Source: Rhodospirillaceae bacterium (GTDB lineage Bacteria; Pseudomonadota; Alphaproteobacteria; GCA-2746255). Taken from it: 64,000 bases of DNA. The translations under genes were made by a program, and so were the position numbers. The stretch covers positions 76,774 to 140,773 of the forward strand of contig NVWO01000004.1 in NCBI GenBank assembly GCA_002746255.1, read 5' to 3'. Positions 11,078-20,422 of the stretch are shown one piece after another; positions within the stretch are counted from its first letter, which is position 1, and the number at the start of each line of letters is the position of its first letter. The notes under the pieces were generated by a model. It was not told the DNA's origin and ran no database searches. It was given only the letters and a program-made list of their open reading frames with translations.

Positions 11078-11896
11078 TTACATCTCCGCAGTTTTGTTGC
11101 TGCCGGGTGGCGCGAGAATTGCCCTTGTGGCGGCGGTCACGTCAGCCTCGCGCATGAGGGCTTCGCCAATAAGAAAGCTTGTTGCGCCCACTTTCGCCAT
11201 GCGGGCAAGGTCTTTGGATGTTTTAAGGCCGCTTTCGCAGACGACGAGACGGTCCGAAGGCACTTTTTGTGCCAGAAATTCACCCGTTTCAAGGCTGACC
11301 TCAAGGGTGTCCAGATCCCGGTTGTTGATGCCGATCAGGCGCGATTTCATGGCCAGGGCACGGGTCAGTTCGCCTTCCGTATGGACTTCGATGAGAACGT
11401 CCATGCCAAGAATAAGTGCTGTTTTTTCGAGTATTAAGGCGGTTTCCTCATCCAGCGCAGCAAGTATTAGAAGCACGCAATCTGCACCAAGCGCACGGGA
11501 TTCGTAAATCTGGTAGGGATCGAGCATGAAATCCTTGCGCAGGGCCGGCAGGGCCGTTGCGTTTCGGGCCTGGGCGAGGTGTTCGTCGCGCCCCTGAAAC
11601 CAGGGCTCGTCCGTCAGCACGGACAGGCAGGTTGCGCCGCCGGCCTCGTAGGCAGCGGCGAGCGTGGCGGCATCGAAATCCTTACGGATCAGCCCCCGGC
11701 TTGGCGAGGCACGCTTGATCTCGGCGATCAGGCCATATTGCCTGGCTTGGCGCGCCGCCATGAGCCGTGCGAGGAAGCCGCGGGTGGGCGCGGCGGCTTC
11801 TGCCATCACGATCATCTCGGGCAGGGGCCGCTCTTCCAGACGGCGGGCGGTATGTTTGCGTTTTTCGGCGCAAATGCGGCTTAAAATTCCGGTCAC
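11078..11896 (-). CDS. trpC: Indole-3-glycerol phosphate synthase
   Basis: IAEIKRASPSRG, LSVLTD, LRKDF, GINNRDL. Confidence 0.97.
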   Translation of the reverse strand: MTGILSRICAEKRKHTARRLEERPLPEMIVMAEAAAPTRGFLARLMAARQARQYGLIAEIKRASPSRGLIRKDFDAATLAAAYEAGGATCLSVLTDEPWFQGRDEHLAQARNATALPALRKDFMLDPYQIYESRALGADCVLLILAALDEETALILEKTALILGMDVLIEVHTEGELTRALAMKSRLIGINNRDLDTLEVSLETGEFLAQKVPSDRLVVCESGLKTSKDLARMAKVGATSFLIGEALMREADVTAATRAILAPPGSNKTAEM

Positions 11897-12930
11897 GCGT
11901 CTTTTCCAGCGTTCGTGATTTCGACGAGTTTACGAAGGCTTGCCTGTGCCTGCCCACTATCAATGGCTTGTGCGGCAAGGGTCACGCCCTGCTTCAGGTT
12001 TCTGGCCTTTTCGGCAACGATCAAGGCGGCGGCGGCGTTGAGGAGGACAATGTCGCGGAAAGGTCCCGTTTTTCCATCCAGCAGCCGTTCGATTGCCCTG
12101 GCGTTCGTGCGCGCATTGCCACCTTTCAGCATTTCCGGTCGGGCACGGGGGAGGCCGGCGTCTTCCGGGACCACCTCGAAGCTGCGCACGCGACCAGAAG
12201 CAAGGGATGCCACAAAGGACGTCGTTGTTGTCGTCAATTCGTCGAGCCCGTCCTTGCCATGGACGACCCAGGCACGCGTCGTGCCCAGTTTTTTCAGCAC
12301 ACGCGCCATCGGAACGACCCAATCAGGCGAATAAACGCCAAGGAGTTGCCGTCTGGCACCCGCCGGGTTGGCCAACGGCCCCAGAAGGTTAAAAATCGTA
12401 CGCATGCCGAGTTGTTTTCGGGTTTCCGCCACATGGCGCATCGCCTGATGGTGGTGGGGCGCGAACAGAAAGCCGATCTTCGCCTGACGAAAAGCCTGGC
12501 GGATGCGCCCCGGTGTGGTCGTAAGATTGACGCCCAGGGCTTCAAGCACGTCGGCCGAGCCGCATTTCGAGGACAGAGCCCGATTGCCATGCTTGGCGAC
12601 GGGAACGCCGGCACCCGCGACAACGAGAGCCGCCGCCGTCGAGACGTTCAGGGTGCCCGAGGCATCGCCACCGGTGCCACAGGTATCGATGGCACCCGCC
12701 GGAGCCTGGATCGAAAGTGCCCTGGCGCGCAGCACCCGGGCGGCGGCGGTGATTTCCTCGACCGTTTCACCACGCACGCGCAGGCCCATAAGGAAGGCGC
12801 CGATTTCAGCCGGCGTGGCCGCGCCGGTCATCAAAGCCCGGAAGGCAGCAGAGGCCTCCTTCGCGTCAAGGGTTTTGCCGGTGGCTATTTTTGCCAGCAA
12901 GGGGTGAAGAACGCTTTTTCTTTTCGCCAT
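11893..12930 (-). CDS. trpD: Anthranilate phosphoribosyltransferase
   Basis: DTCGTGGD, NVST, KHGNRALSSKCGSADVLE. Confidence 0.97.
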   Translation of the reverse strand: MAKRKSVLHPLLAKIATGKTLDAKEASAAFRALMTGAATPAEIGAFLMGLRVRGETVEEITAAARVLRARALSIQAPAGAIDTCGTGGDASGTLNVSTAAALVVAGAGVPVAKHGNRALSSKCGSADVLEALGVNLTTTPGRIRQAFRQAKIGFLFAPHHHQAMRHVAETRKQLGMRTIFNLLGPLANPAGARRQLLGVYSPDWVVPMARVLKKLGTTRAWVVHGKDGLDELTTTTTSFVASLASGRVRSFEVVPEDAGLPRARPEMLKGGNARTNARAIERLLDGKTGPFRDIVLLNAAAALIVAEKARNLKQGVTLAAQAIDSGQAQASLRKLVEITNAGKDA

Positions 12931-12931
12931 T

Positions 12932-13510
12932 TCAGGCTTTCTTTCCAGCAAGGTTCAAGAAGTTCTGAAGCAATTGATGGCCGTTTTCAGAGGCGATGCT
13001 TTCCGGGTGAAACTGGACGCCATAAAGGGGCAGTTCCTTATGGGCGATGCCCATGATGAGGCCGTCATCGGCTTCTGCCGTGATGTCCAGGCAATTTGGC
13101 AAGGTTTCCCGCGCGACGGTCAGGGAATGGTAACGGGTTGCCGGAAAGGGGTCAGGGAGGCCCTGAAATAAATCCGTCCCCCGGTGATGGATTTCGCTGA
13201 CTTTGCCATGCATCGGCACTGGCGCGTGAACGATGTCGCCGCCCATGGCCTGGGCGATGGCCTGATGACCAAGGCAGACGCCCAGAATAGGGACTTTTCC
13301 GGCGGCAGCCCGGATAAGATCGAGGCAGATGCCGGCTTGGTCCGGGTCACATGGCCCCGGTGAAATGACAATCCCTTCCGGCGCATAGGCCAGCGCTTCA
13401 TCGACGCTAAGGGCGTCGTTCCGCTTGACCTCCATTTCGGCGCCCAATTCCCCGAAATAGTGATAAAGATTGTAAGCAAAGCTGTCGTAATTATCAATTA
13501 ATAGAAACAT
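12932..13510 (-). CDS. trpG: Anthranilate synthase component II (glutamine amidotransferase)
   Basis: IDNYDSF, SPGPC, GVCLGHQ, QFHPES. Confidence 0.96.
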   Translation of the reverse strand: MFLLIDNYDSFAYNLYHYFGELGAEMEVKRNDALSVDEALAYAPEGIVISPGPCDPDQAGICLDLIRAAAGKVPILGVCLGHQAIAQAMGGDIVHAPVPMHGKVSEIHHRGTDLFQGLPDPFPATRYHSLTVARETLPNCLDITAEADDGLIMGIAHKELPLYGVQFHPESIASENGHQLLQNFLNLAGKKA

Positions 13511-13593
13511 ATCAAATAATTATACATACAAACTGAATGTAGTTTCTTGGTTGGTTTCTTGACTTTTCCGCGCATATCGCTCACAAAAACAAC

Positions 13594-16044
13594 ATGACAT
13601 CCAACGCGAAGGCGCAGCTTACGCCGAATGACCCGGCGAATGAAGGCCGGGAATTGTCCCTTGGCGTAAAAGGGATGACTTGCACCAATTGCGCGGGCCA
13701 TATCGAAAAAGCCCTTGGCCGGCTTGCCGGTGTCCTCAATGCGCGGGTTAATTTCACGATGGAACGTGCCGATATCCGTTTCGACCCAGACCGGGTTGAT
13801 CCTGTGGCAATCGTGAAGGCCATTCTGGACATGAATTACGAGGTGCCGCTGGTGTCGGTCGTGCTCAGGATTAACGGCATGACATGTGGAAATTGTGCAC
13901 ACACGATCGAAAAAGCGCTGAGGCGCGTTCCCGGCGTTCTTACCGCAAAGATCAATTTGGCGACGGAACAGGCTCTGTTGGAAGTGGCCCAGGGCCAGCT
14001 TGACGTAATGGCGTTGCGCAAAGCCGTGACGGCGGTGGGCTATGGCGCGACCTTTATCGACGACCCGGAAAACCGGGCGTCGGAGAACGAAAGCATTGAA
14101 GCGCGCCGCCGCCTTCACTGGCAGACCGGTTCTCTTATTGCCGCCATCCTGCTGTCCTTTCCCCTGGTTGCCCAGATGCTCGGCGACTTCGTAGGCCTTG
14201 GGTTCCATCTTTCGCCGATGGTGCAGATGGTTCTTGCCAGCTTTGTGCAATTTGGCATCGGCTGGCGTTTTTACCGCGCCGCCTGGGTGGCGCTTCGCTA
14301 CGGCAATGGCACAATGGACCAGTTGGTCGCGCTTGGAACGTCGGCTGCCTATGGGTTAAGCGTCACCCGGGTCCTTTGGCCGGAGACCGAAGGGGCGGAG
14401 GCGCTTTATTTCGAGGCATCGGCCATCATCCTTACCCTCGTTTTGCTCGGCAAATGGCTTGAAAGCCGTGCCAAGCAGGGAACGTCAGCCGCCATCCGGG
14501 CCTTGATGAAGCTTCGGCCCTCGGTGGCGAGGCTCTTGCGGAACGGTGAGGAGGTCGAGGTGCCAATCAATGCCGTGGTGGTTGGGGACGTTGTCCTGCT
14601 TCGCCCCGGGGAACGCGTGCCCGTCGATGGCGACATTCTTAGTGGTCAAAGCGAGATCGACGAATCGCTGATTACCGGAGAAAGCCAGCCGGTTGAAAAG
14701 GGAGAGGGTGCTTTCGTGACGGCGGGTTCCGTAAATGGTTCCGGGCTGCTTCACATCACGACAACGCGTATCGGCGCAGAGACAACCCTTTCGCGGATCA
14801 TCGCGTTGGTTCAAGGTGCGCAAGCCAGCCGGGCGCCGGTCCAGAAACTCGTTGACCGCGTGAGCGCCATCTTCGTCCCGATGGTGCTGGCCGCCGCCGT
14901 CTTTACACTTATGGCGCAATGGCTGTTTACGGGTGCGCCAGACGTTGCCGTGATTGCCGCCGTCTCGGTCCTGGTGATTGCCTGCCCTTGCGCCCTTGGC
15001 CTGGCAACGCCGACAGCCATCGTTGCTGGCATGGGGGCGGCAGCGCGCGGCGGTATTTTGATCAAGGACGTGGACGCCCTTGAGCGCATGCGCAAGGTAA
15101 CGGTGATTGCCCTCGACAAGACCGGAACCTTAACGGAAGGCCACCCGGCGGTTGCGGCCATCGCGCCGGTTGCGGGGGGCGACGAAGATGCACTCCTCTT
15201 GCTTGCCGCTTCGGCGCAACAGGGCAGCGAGCATCCCCTGGCGCGCGCGATATTGGATGCGGTGGGCGACAAGCCACTGAAACCCCTTGCGAGCTTTAAA
15301 AGCCTCACCGGGCGGGGTCTGGAAGCCGTCGTCGATGGCCAGCGTCTGTGGATTGGCAGTCGCAAACTGATGGCGGACAGCGGCGTTGCAATTGCAAGCC
15401 TGGATTCCAAGGCGCAGGAATTGGAAACCCAGGGCGCGACCGTCATGTGGATTGCCCATGGGGAAGGCCGGCTTCTCGGCTTTATCGCCGCCAGCGATCC
15501 GATTAAGGCAACGGCGGTAGAAGCTATCGCCCGCCTCAAAAAACTTGGGCTCACAGTCATTATGATGACCGGCGACAATCAACGTACGGCCGCCGCCGTT
15601 GCCAGCAAGCTTGGCATCGATCGGGTCATGGCTGAAATTCTTCCAGAACAAAAAATTACCGAAGTTGACAGGCTTCGGCGGGAAGGCGAGGTCGTTGCCA
15701 TGGTTGGCGACGGCATTAACGATGCGCCGGCGCTGGCGGCTGCCGATGTCGGGATCGCCATGGGGACTGGGACGGACGTTGCGATTGAAGCGGCGGGTGT
15801 AACCTTGATGCGCGGCGAGCCGCTTCTGCTTCCGGAAACCGTTCGGATCTCGCGGGCGACGGTTGCAAAAATCTGGCAGAATCTTTTTTGGGCCTTCATC
15901 TACAACGTCATCGGAATTCCCCTTGCGGCGTCAGGCATGTTAAGTCCAATCCTTGCCGGTGGTGCGATGGCGTTCAGCAGCGTCAGCGTCGTTTCAAATT
16001 CATTGTTGCTGACGCGTTGGCGCCCTGTGAAAAAACAAATATGA
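13594..16044 (+). CDS. copA: P1B-1 heavy-metal (Cu+) P-type ATPase
   Basis: Two HMA motifs (GMTCTNC, GMTCGNC), TGES, CPC, DKTGT, HP, YN and MxxSS Cu+ signatures. Confidence 0.92.
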   Translation: MTSNAKAQLTPNDPANEGRELSLGVKGMTCTNCAGHIEKALGRLAGVLNARVNFTMERADIRFDPDRVDPVAIVKAILDMNYEVPLVSVVLRINGMTCGNCAHTIEKALRRVPGVLTAKINLATEQALLEVAQGQLDVMALRKAVTAVGYGATFIDDPENRASENESIEARRRLHWQTGSLIAAILLSFPLVAQMLGDFVGLGFHLSPMVQMVLASFVQFGIGWRFYRAAWVALRYGNGTMDQLVALGTSAAYGLSVTRVLWPETEGAEALYFEASAIILTLVLLGKWLESRAKQGTSAAIRALMKLRPSVARLLRNGEEVEVPINAVVVGDVVLLRPGERVPVDGDILSGQSEIDESLITGESQPVEKGEGAFVTAGSVNGSGLLHITTTRIGAETTLSRIIALVQGAQASRAPVQKLVDRVSAIFVPMVLAAAVFTLMAQWLFTGAPDVAVIAAVSVLVIACPCALGLATPTAIVAGMGAAARGGILIKDVDALERMRKVTVIALDKTGTLTEGHPAVAAIAPVAGGDEDALLLLAASAQQGSEHPLARAILDAVGDKPLKPLASFKSLTGRGLEAVVDGQRLWIGSRKLMADSGVAIASLDSKAQELETQGATVMWIAHGEGRLLGFIAASDPIKATAVEAIARLKKLGLTVIMMTGDNQRTAAAVASKLGIDRVMAEILPEQKITEVDRLRREGEVVAMVGDGINDAPALAAADVGIAMGTGTDVAIEAAGVTLMRGEPLLLPETVRISRATVAKIWQNLFWAFIYNVIGIPLAASGMLSPILAGGAMAFSSVSVVSNSLLLTRWRPVKKQI

Positions 16045-16991
16045 GCAAACGAAAAAAGAAGGCCAGGGCCTGGAAAACTTGGAAAGCCAGGGCCTGGAAG
16101 CCGGTCCGGATGGCAGTTTTTTTTCTGGGCATTGGTCTTGTAACGGGTGCTGGCCTGGCGCTTTTTTTTGTGGACAGGCCCGCCACACCAAAAATTGCGG
16201 CGGTGACGGCTAAACTGGCCGACACGACCGACACAGCTTCCAAAAAAACGAAGCCCCGACCGCAATGGGTGCGTGAAGCCGTTCTCGAACCGGCCATTAA
16301 AGGGCGGCCAATGATCGCCATCATTCTGGATGATCTTGGGATGAGCCGTGCGCGCACTACGGACGCGATCAAGCTTTCCGCGCCTCTCACTTTGGCCTTC
16401 CTGCCTTACGCAAACGGGCTTTGGGAACAAACCGCAGCGGCCCGCGCCGCCGGGCATGAACTGCTGATCCACGTTCCCATGGAGCCCCAGGGGAAGAACG
16501 GCGATCCCGGGCCGCATGCGCTGATGGTTCATATGACCCAGGATGAAATTCTGGAGAATCTTTCCTGGGACTTTGACCGCTTCGAACACTATGTCGGCAT
16601 CAACAACCACATGGGCAGCAAATTCACGAAAGACCCGGATAGGCTGGCGATGGTTTTTCGGGAATTAAAGGCGCGCGGTCTTCTTTTCATCGATTCCCGG
16701 ACGACCGCCGATACCGTCGCAAAGAAACTAGCGCAGGAAATTGGCGTCCCCTTCGCCGAGCGACAGGTTTTTCTCGACAATTTCAGGTCTGCGGAAAATG
16801 TGAGGGAACGCCTGGAAAAACTGGAATCGATTGCCAGAAGGGACGGGGCGGCAATCGGGATTGGGCACCCTCACAAGGTAACGCTGGCGGCGTTACGGGA
16901 ATGGCTGCCGACGCTTTTGGAAAAAGGATTCGTTCTGGTTCCGGCAAGCACGGTTGTACGCCGGCAGCTTAAAGACGCGGCGGGTCGTTAG
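16041..16991 (+). CDS. Divergent polysaccharide deacetylase family protein
   Basis: Basic N-terminus plus TM anchor, IAIILDDLG, HVPMEP, GINNHMGS, FIDSRT, IGHPH; ATG overlaps the copA stop. Confidence 0.88.
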   Translation: MSKRKKKARAWKTWKARAWKPVRMAVFFLGIGLVTGAGLALFFVDRPATPKIAAVTAKLADTTDTASKKTKPRPQWVREAVLEPAIKGRPMIAIILDDLGMSRARTTDAIKLSAPLTLAFLPYANGLWEQTAAARAAGHELLIHVPMEPQGKNGDPGPHALMVHMTQDEILENLSWDFDRFEHYVGINNHMGSKFTKDPDRLAMVFRELKARGLLFIDSRTTADTVAKKLAQEIGVPFAERQVFLDNFRSAENVRERLEKLESIARRDGAAIGIGHPHKVTLAALREWLPTLLEKGFVLVPASTVVRRQLKDAAGR

Positions 16992-17254
16992 GAGCTTTTT
17001 TTCCGGCCACCGCCTGCATAGTGGATGGCTTCCTCGGCGGCGCGCAAAAGCGCCATCGCCTTGTTGCGGCTTTCCTGATATTCGGCTTCCGGATCGCTGT
17101 CTGCAACAACCCCGCCGCCGGCCTGCACATACATGGTCCCATCTTTCACGATGGCCGTGCGCAGAGCGATGCAACTGTCCATGGTGCCATTGGCCGCAAA
17201 ATAACCAACGCAGCCGCCATAGATGCTTCTGCGGTCCGGTTCCAGCTCTTCGAT
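16932..17254. repeat. Direct repeat copy 1 (last 60 nt of the deacetylase gene plus trpE 3' end)
   Basis: 323 bp, aligns without gaps to 20961-21283 (offset 4029) with 14 mismatches counted by eye. Confidence 0.97.
16988..17254 (-). pseudogene. trpE: Detached 3' fragment of trpE (last ~88 codons)
   Basis: Translation matches the C-terminus of 21017-22540 except for 3 residues; no 5' part. Confidence 0.92.
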
Positions 17255-17259
17255 CAAAT

Positions 17260-18093
17260 CTAATTTTTGGTATTCGCGGCATTATATCGTCCTCTTATGG
17301 CAACCTTCAAACCCACAGCAAAAAGCGGCAACAGTCCCAACACGGAGACCATTGTTGAGCCGACGGGCAAGTCTGCGTCAAACGACAGCCATAGGCCTGC
17401 TATGCTGCCCAATATTCCCAACCCCCATCCCAGAAATAGGCGGTGTAGCAAAGATTCGGCAAGGATAGAGGCGCTGAATACTGGAATGATCAGGAAGGCA
17501 AAGACCAGCAAGACGCCGGCGACATTAACCGCAAGCGTAATGACAGCAGCGAATGAGGCGAAAAACAGAAATTCCCATAAAAATTTTGGTTGACCCGAGC
17601 CCTTTGCATCAAACGAGAGGGCGTAGAAGCGCTTGCGATAAACCAGGTGCAGCAAGCTGAGTAGGGCGTACGCCCCTGCCACCATCAAGATTTCGTCCCA
17701 GCGGACCCAAAGGATATTGCCGTTAAACAAGGAGTTGAGTTCTTCCATGCCTTGCGTTGTGCGGCTCAGGATAACGATGGATAGTGCGGTGGTTAGCACA
17801 TAGACGCAACCGATGATGACTTCGCGTGTCGTCTTGCCGCGAACTCGGCGCAAGCCTGCGAAGGCGAACGCCGCCGCCAAGGTTGCGGCAAACGCATATA
17901 GCTGAGCGCGGTTTCCGTGGGCTTCTTCGCCAAGCAGGAAAGCAACGGAAATCCCAAGTGCGGCAACTTGGGCCAGTGCAAGATCGACAAAGATTATGCC
18001 GCGCGCCAACACATGCAGGCCAAGATAGGTGTGGGTGAAAACCATCAAGGCGCTTAAAGTGAAGGCCGGGAGCAGAATTTGCCAAGCTTCCAT
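17260..18093 (-). CDS. ABC-3 (Zn/Mn/Fe-type) metal transporter permease
   Basis: HTYLGLHVLARGIIFVDLALAQ, multiple TM helices, GVLLVFAFLIIP; start at ATG 18093. Confidence 0.88.
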   Translation of the reverse strand: MEAWQILLPAFTLSALMVFTHTYLGLHVLARGIIFVDLALAQVAALGISVAFLLGEEAHGNRAQLYAFAATLAAAFAFAGLRRVRGKTTREVIIGCVYVLTTALSIVILSRTTQGMEELNSLFNGNILWVRWDEILMVAGAYALLSLLHLVYRKRFYALSFDAKGSGQPKFLWEFLFFASFAAVITLAVNVAGVLLVFAFLIIPVFSASILAESLLHRLFLGWGLGILGSIAGLWLSFDADLPVGSTMVSVLGLLPLFAVGLKVAIRGRYNAANTKN

Positions 18094-18094
18094 A

Positions 18095-19006
18095 TCACTC
18101 TCCCACTGCGTCTTCAAGCGCTTCGACAATGCGGTCAAACAGCACAAAATAAGTGGTGATATCATCTGCAGACCCGACCGATTGTGGCAACACGGCAACA
18201 TTGATGCCTGTCTGTTCGCTCAAGTATCGCGCCGAACGGCGCTCGTAATAGGGCTCCATAATAAGTACGCGGGTTTGCTCTTGCTTGATGCGCGTTATCA
18301 GCCTGCTCAAGGACGCAGCACTGGGGGCTATGCCCGGTTTTGGTTCCACCTCACCAACAATCCTAAAGCCGAAAAAGTCAGCTAGATAATCGAAAGATTT
18401 GTGATAGGCGATCACCGGCCTGCCCTCTAAATACGCCAATCGCACGCGCCATTCGGACTGCTTAACTTCCATTGCTTTTGCAAAATGCTCAAACCGGCGT
18501 TGGTAATCAACTGCGTGCGAAGGATCCAACTCGCCGAGGCGGGTGGCAATCGCTTGCGCCATGCGCACGCCATTGCGCGGGTCCAGCCAGTAATGGGGGT
18601 TGCCTTTGGCGTGAACATCCCCCAAGGCTCGCGAGACGGATACCGCTTGTTTGCCGAGAAGCGGTACTGTCGTCGATAAATCTAAATATCCCGGGTTCCC
18701 AGGCAATGTATTAGAGTTCCGCGACGACTGTAGTAGTGGTGGCAGCCAGCCGATCTCCATGTCGGCACCGACGATTAACAACAGATCGGCGCGAAAGACC
18801 TTGCGGATCATACTAGGTTTGGCAACCGCAAAATGGGGGTCACGCGTGCCAGGTGTCAGGCTCTCCACAGTTACTTGGTTGCCGCCCACTGCTTCTGTTA
18901 AGGCGGCCAGGTCCTGGGTCGTTGTCACGACGCGTAACGCGGCGTGACTTATCGACGGTGCAGTCAAAAACAGCACACTGAACAACGTGCCTAAAATTTG
19001 TCTCAT
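18095..19006 (-). CDS. ZnuA/TroA-family metal-binding periplasmic protein
   Basis: Signal peptide, DPHF, GNPHYWLDP, YHKSFDY, EPKPGIAPS. Confidence 0.92.
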   Translation of the reverse strand: MRQILGTLFSVLFLTAPSISHAALRVVTTTQDLAALTEAVGGNQVTVESLTPGTRDPHFAVAKPSMIRKVFRADLLLIVGADMEIGWLPPLLQSSRNSNTLPGNPGYLDLSTTVPLLGKQAVSVSRALGDVHAKGNPHYWLDPRNGVRMAQAIATRLGELDPSHAVDYQRRFEHFAKAMEVKQSEWRVRLAYLEGRPVIAYHKSFDYLADFFGFRIVGEVEPKPGIAPSAASLSRLITRIKQEQTRVLIMEPYYERRSARYLSEQTGINVAVLPQSVGSADDITTYFVLFDRIVEALEDAVGE

Positions 19007-19015
19007 GACAGGCTC

Positions 19016-20416
19016 CTAAAATATGTGTGCGGCATGTCTGCCCAGACTGAACTCAAATTGCAGCCATATGCTGTCTGCCGTTCTGTCTTGCAAATGCGTA
19101 GCCCAATCACGGTTATATTGCAGTCGCACTTTGCTGAATTCTGTTGGATACCAAGTGAGATTGGGCGACAAGCGGTTGCGGGTGTCGCGCAGCGGATCAA
19201 GGGACGTCTGTCCTTGCGCTGTGGCATAGTCCCACCTCAATCCAGCTACCCAGCCCGGTTTGAAGCCCCATAAAACCTGAGTGAATAGTCCCCAATCTTT
19301 TAGCACTTCGCGTATAGGATTGCTTGCATCGCCCGCCTCATACCGCCGGTGCAAAGCCTCCGTGTGCCATGAGACGAACGGGGATCCACGGTGTGTCCGC
19401 CTGGCCTGCCATTTCAGAAAAATATCCGCACCGAGTATTCTGGTGTTAGTGCTGGTGCCGCTGGCGTTGGGGCCGAGCACACTTGAAAGACCCAGATTGG
19501 CGCTCACTGTATCTGACAAATCGATGCCGTTTAACCAGCGCGCGCTGTATAGGAGGTCGCCGAAACCGCGCGCATTGCGGTCAATGAGAGTATGGCCCCC
19601 CACCTCTTCAGCTAGCTCACTAAGGAAACTGGTGACAGTTTCGCCTTTGGCGTTTTGCACACCGACATATAGTTCCGAGTACCAATCCGTGGGCATCAAC
19701 CAAGCGACGCGCGCGCCTTGGCTGCGCAAGCCATCACCACCAAAAAAGCGCGAAAGGACGACCGGCTGATCAACAAAACTCCAGGTGTGAGGGTGTTGCG
19801 GATTCTGACGACCGAATTCGGTATAAAACTGGCCGCCTTTGACCTGTAATCCCCAAGGCAGGCTTCTGGTGGTGAAGAAGGCCTCTTCCAGTTCGACGAC
19901 TGTTTCGCCGTCGGCGTCGATTTGGAAAATGATGTTAGCCTGAGCGTTAAAGTAGGGATCGACTGCAGCGCCAATTGTGAGTTCCACATTCTGTACCGTG
20001 AAACCGTTCTGATTGGGATCGTGAGCGCCCGCCTGAAGACCTTTCAGCGCGGCGTTGTCAACGCTGGAACCACCACTTGCAAACAGGCTGGATAGACCCA
20101 ACTGCAAGTCTCCGTTGCCGGGGGGTGTTGTGCTAGGCAGCGTTGTGACTGGGGGTGGTGAAGCTGCAGCAGGCCGGGCTTCCGATACTTGGACAGGTTT
20201 TTTGCTGGCCGATGATTCCAGCTCCTTAAGACGCTGTGCCAACGCCGCGATCTGGTTTTCATAAGCTTGCTTCATATTGTGAAATTGTTGCCTGATTTCG
20301 GATATTTGCGCGCCAAGTATGTCTACCTCTTCATTGGCCATCGCCATCGGCGCATGGAGAGCCTGCGCGCCTATGATGGCTGCTCCGAACATGGAGCGAA
20401 AATACGGACAAGGCAT
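19016..20416 (-). CDS. Putative outer-membrane beta-barrel metal-uptake protein
   Basis: Signal peptide, coiled-coil and Pro-rich linker, amphipathic beta strands, QHPHTW motif, His-rich C-terminus ending in Phe (GRHAAHIF). Confidence 0.75.
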   Translation of the reverse strand: MPCPYFRSMFGAAIIGAQALHAPMAMANEEVDILGAQISEIRQQFHNMKQAYENQIAALAQRLKELESSASKKPVQVSEARPAAASPPPVTTLPSTTPPGNGDLQLGLSSLFASGGSSVDNAALKGLQAGAHDPNQNGFTVQNVELTIGAAVDPYFNAQANIIFQIDADGETVVELEEAFFTTRSLPWGLQVKGGQFYTEFGRQNPQHPHTWSFVDQPVVLSRFFGGDGLRSQGARVAWLMPTDWYSELYVGVQNAKGETVTSFLSELAEEVGGHTLIDRNARGFGDLLYSARWLNGIDLSDTVSANLGLSSVLGPNASGTSTNTRILGADIFLKWQARRTHRGSPFVSWHTEALHRRYEAGDASNPIREVLKDWGLFTQVLWGFKPGWVAGLRWDYATAQGQTSLDPLRDTRNRLSPNLTWYPTEFSKVRLQYNRDWATHLQDRTADSIWLQFEFSLGRHAAHIF

Positions 20417-20422
20417 GGCTAG

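Noticed and set aside
11767..13056. Long antisense or alternate-frame ORFs (also 30348-31538, 32410-33297, 38052-38987, 61730-62662)
   Set aside because: Shadow ORFs of well-supported genes in GC-rich DNA, with no recognisable motifs
13558..13590. CueR-type promoter before copA (TTGACTTTTCC...)
   Set aside because: The left half resembles ACCTTCC but the matching GGAAGGT half is absent, so there is no dyad
16954..17358. Plus-strand ORFs 16954-17358 and 20902-21183 that resemble each other
   Set aside because: The similarity comes from the trpE duplication read on the antisense strand
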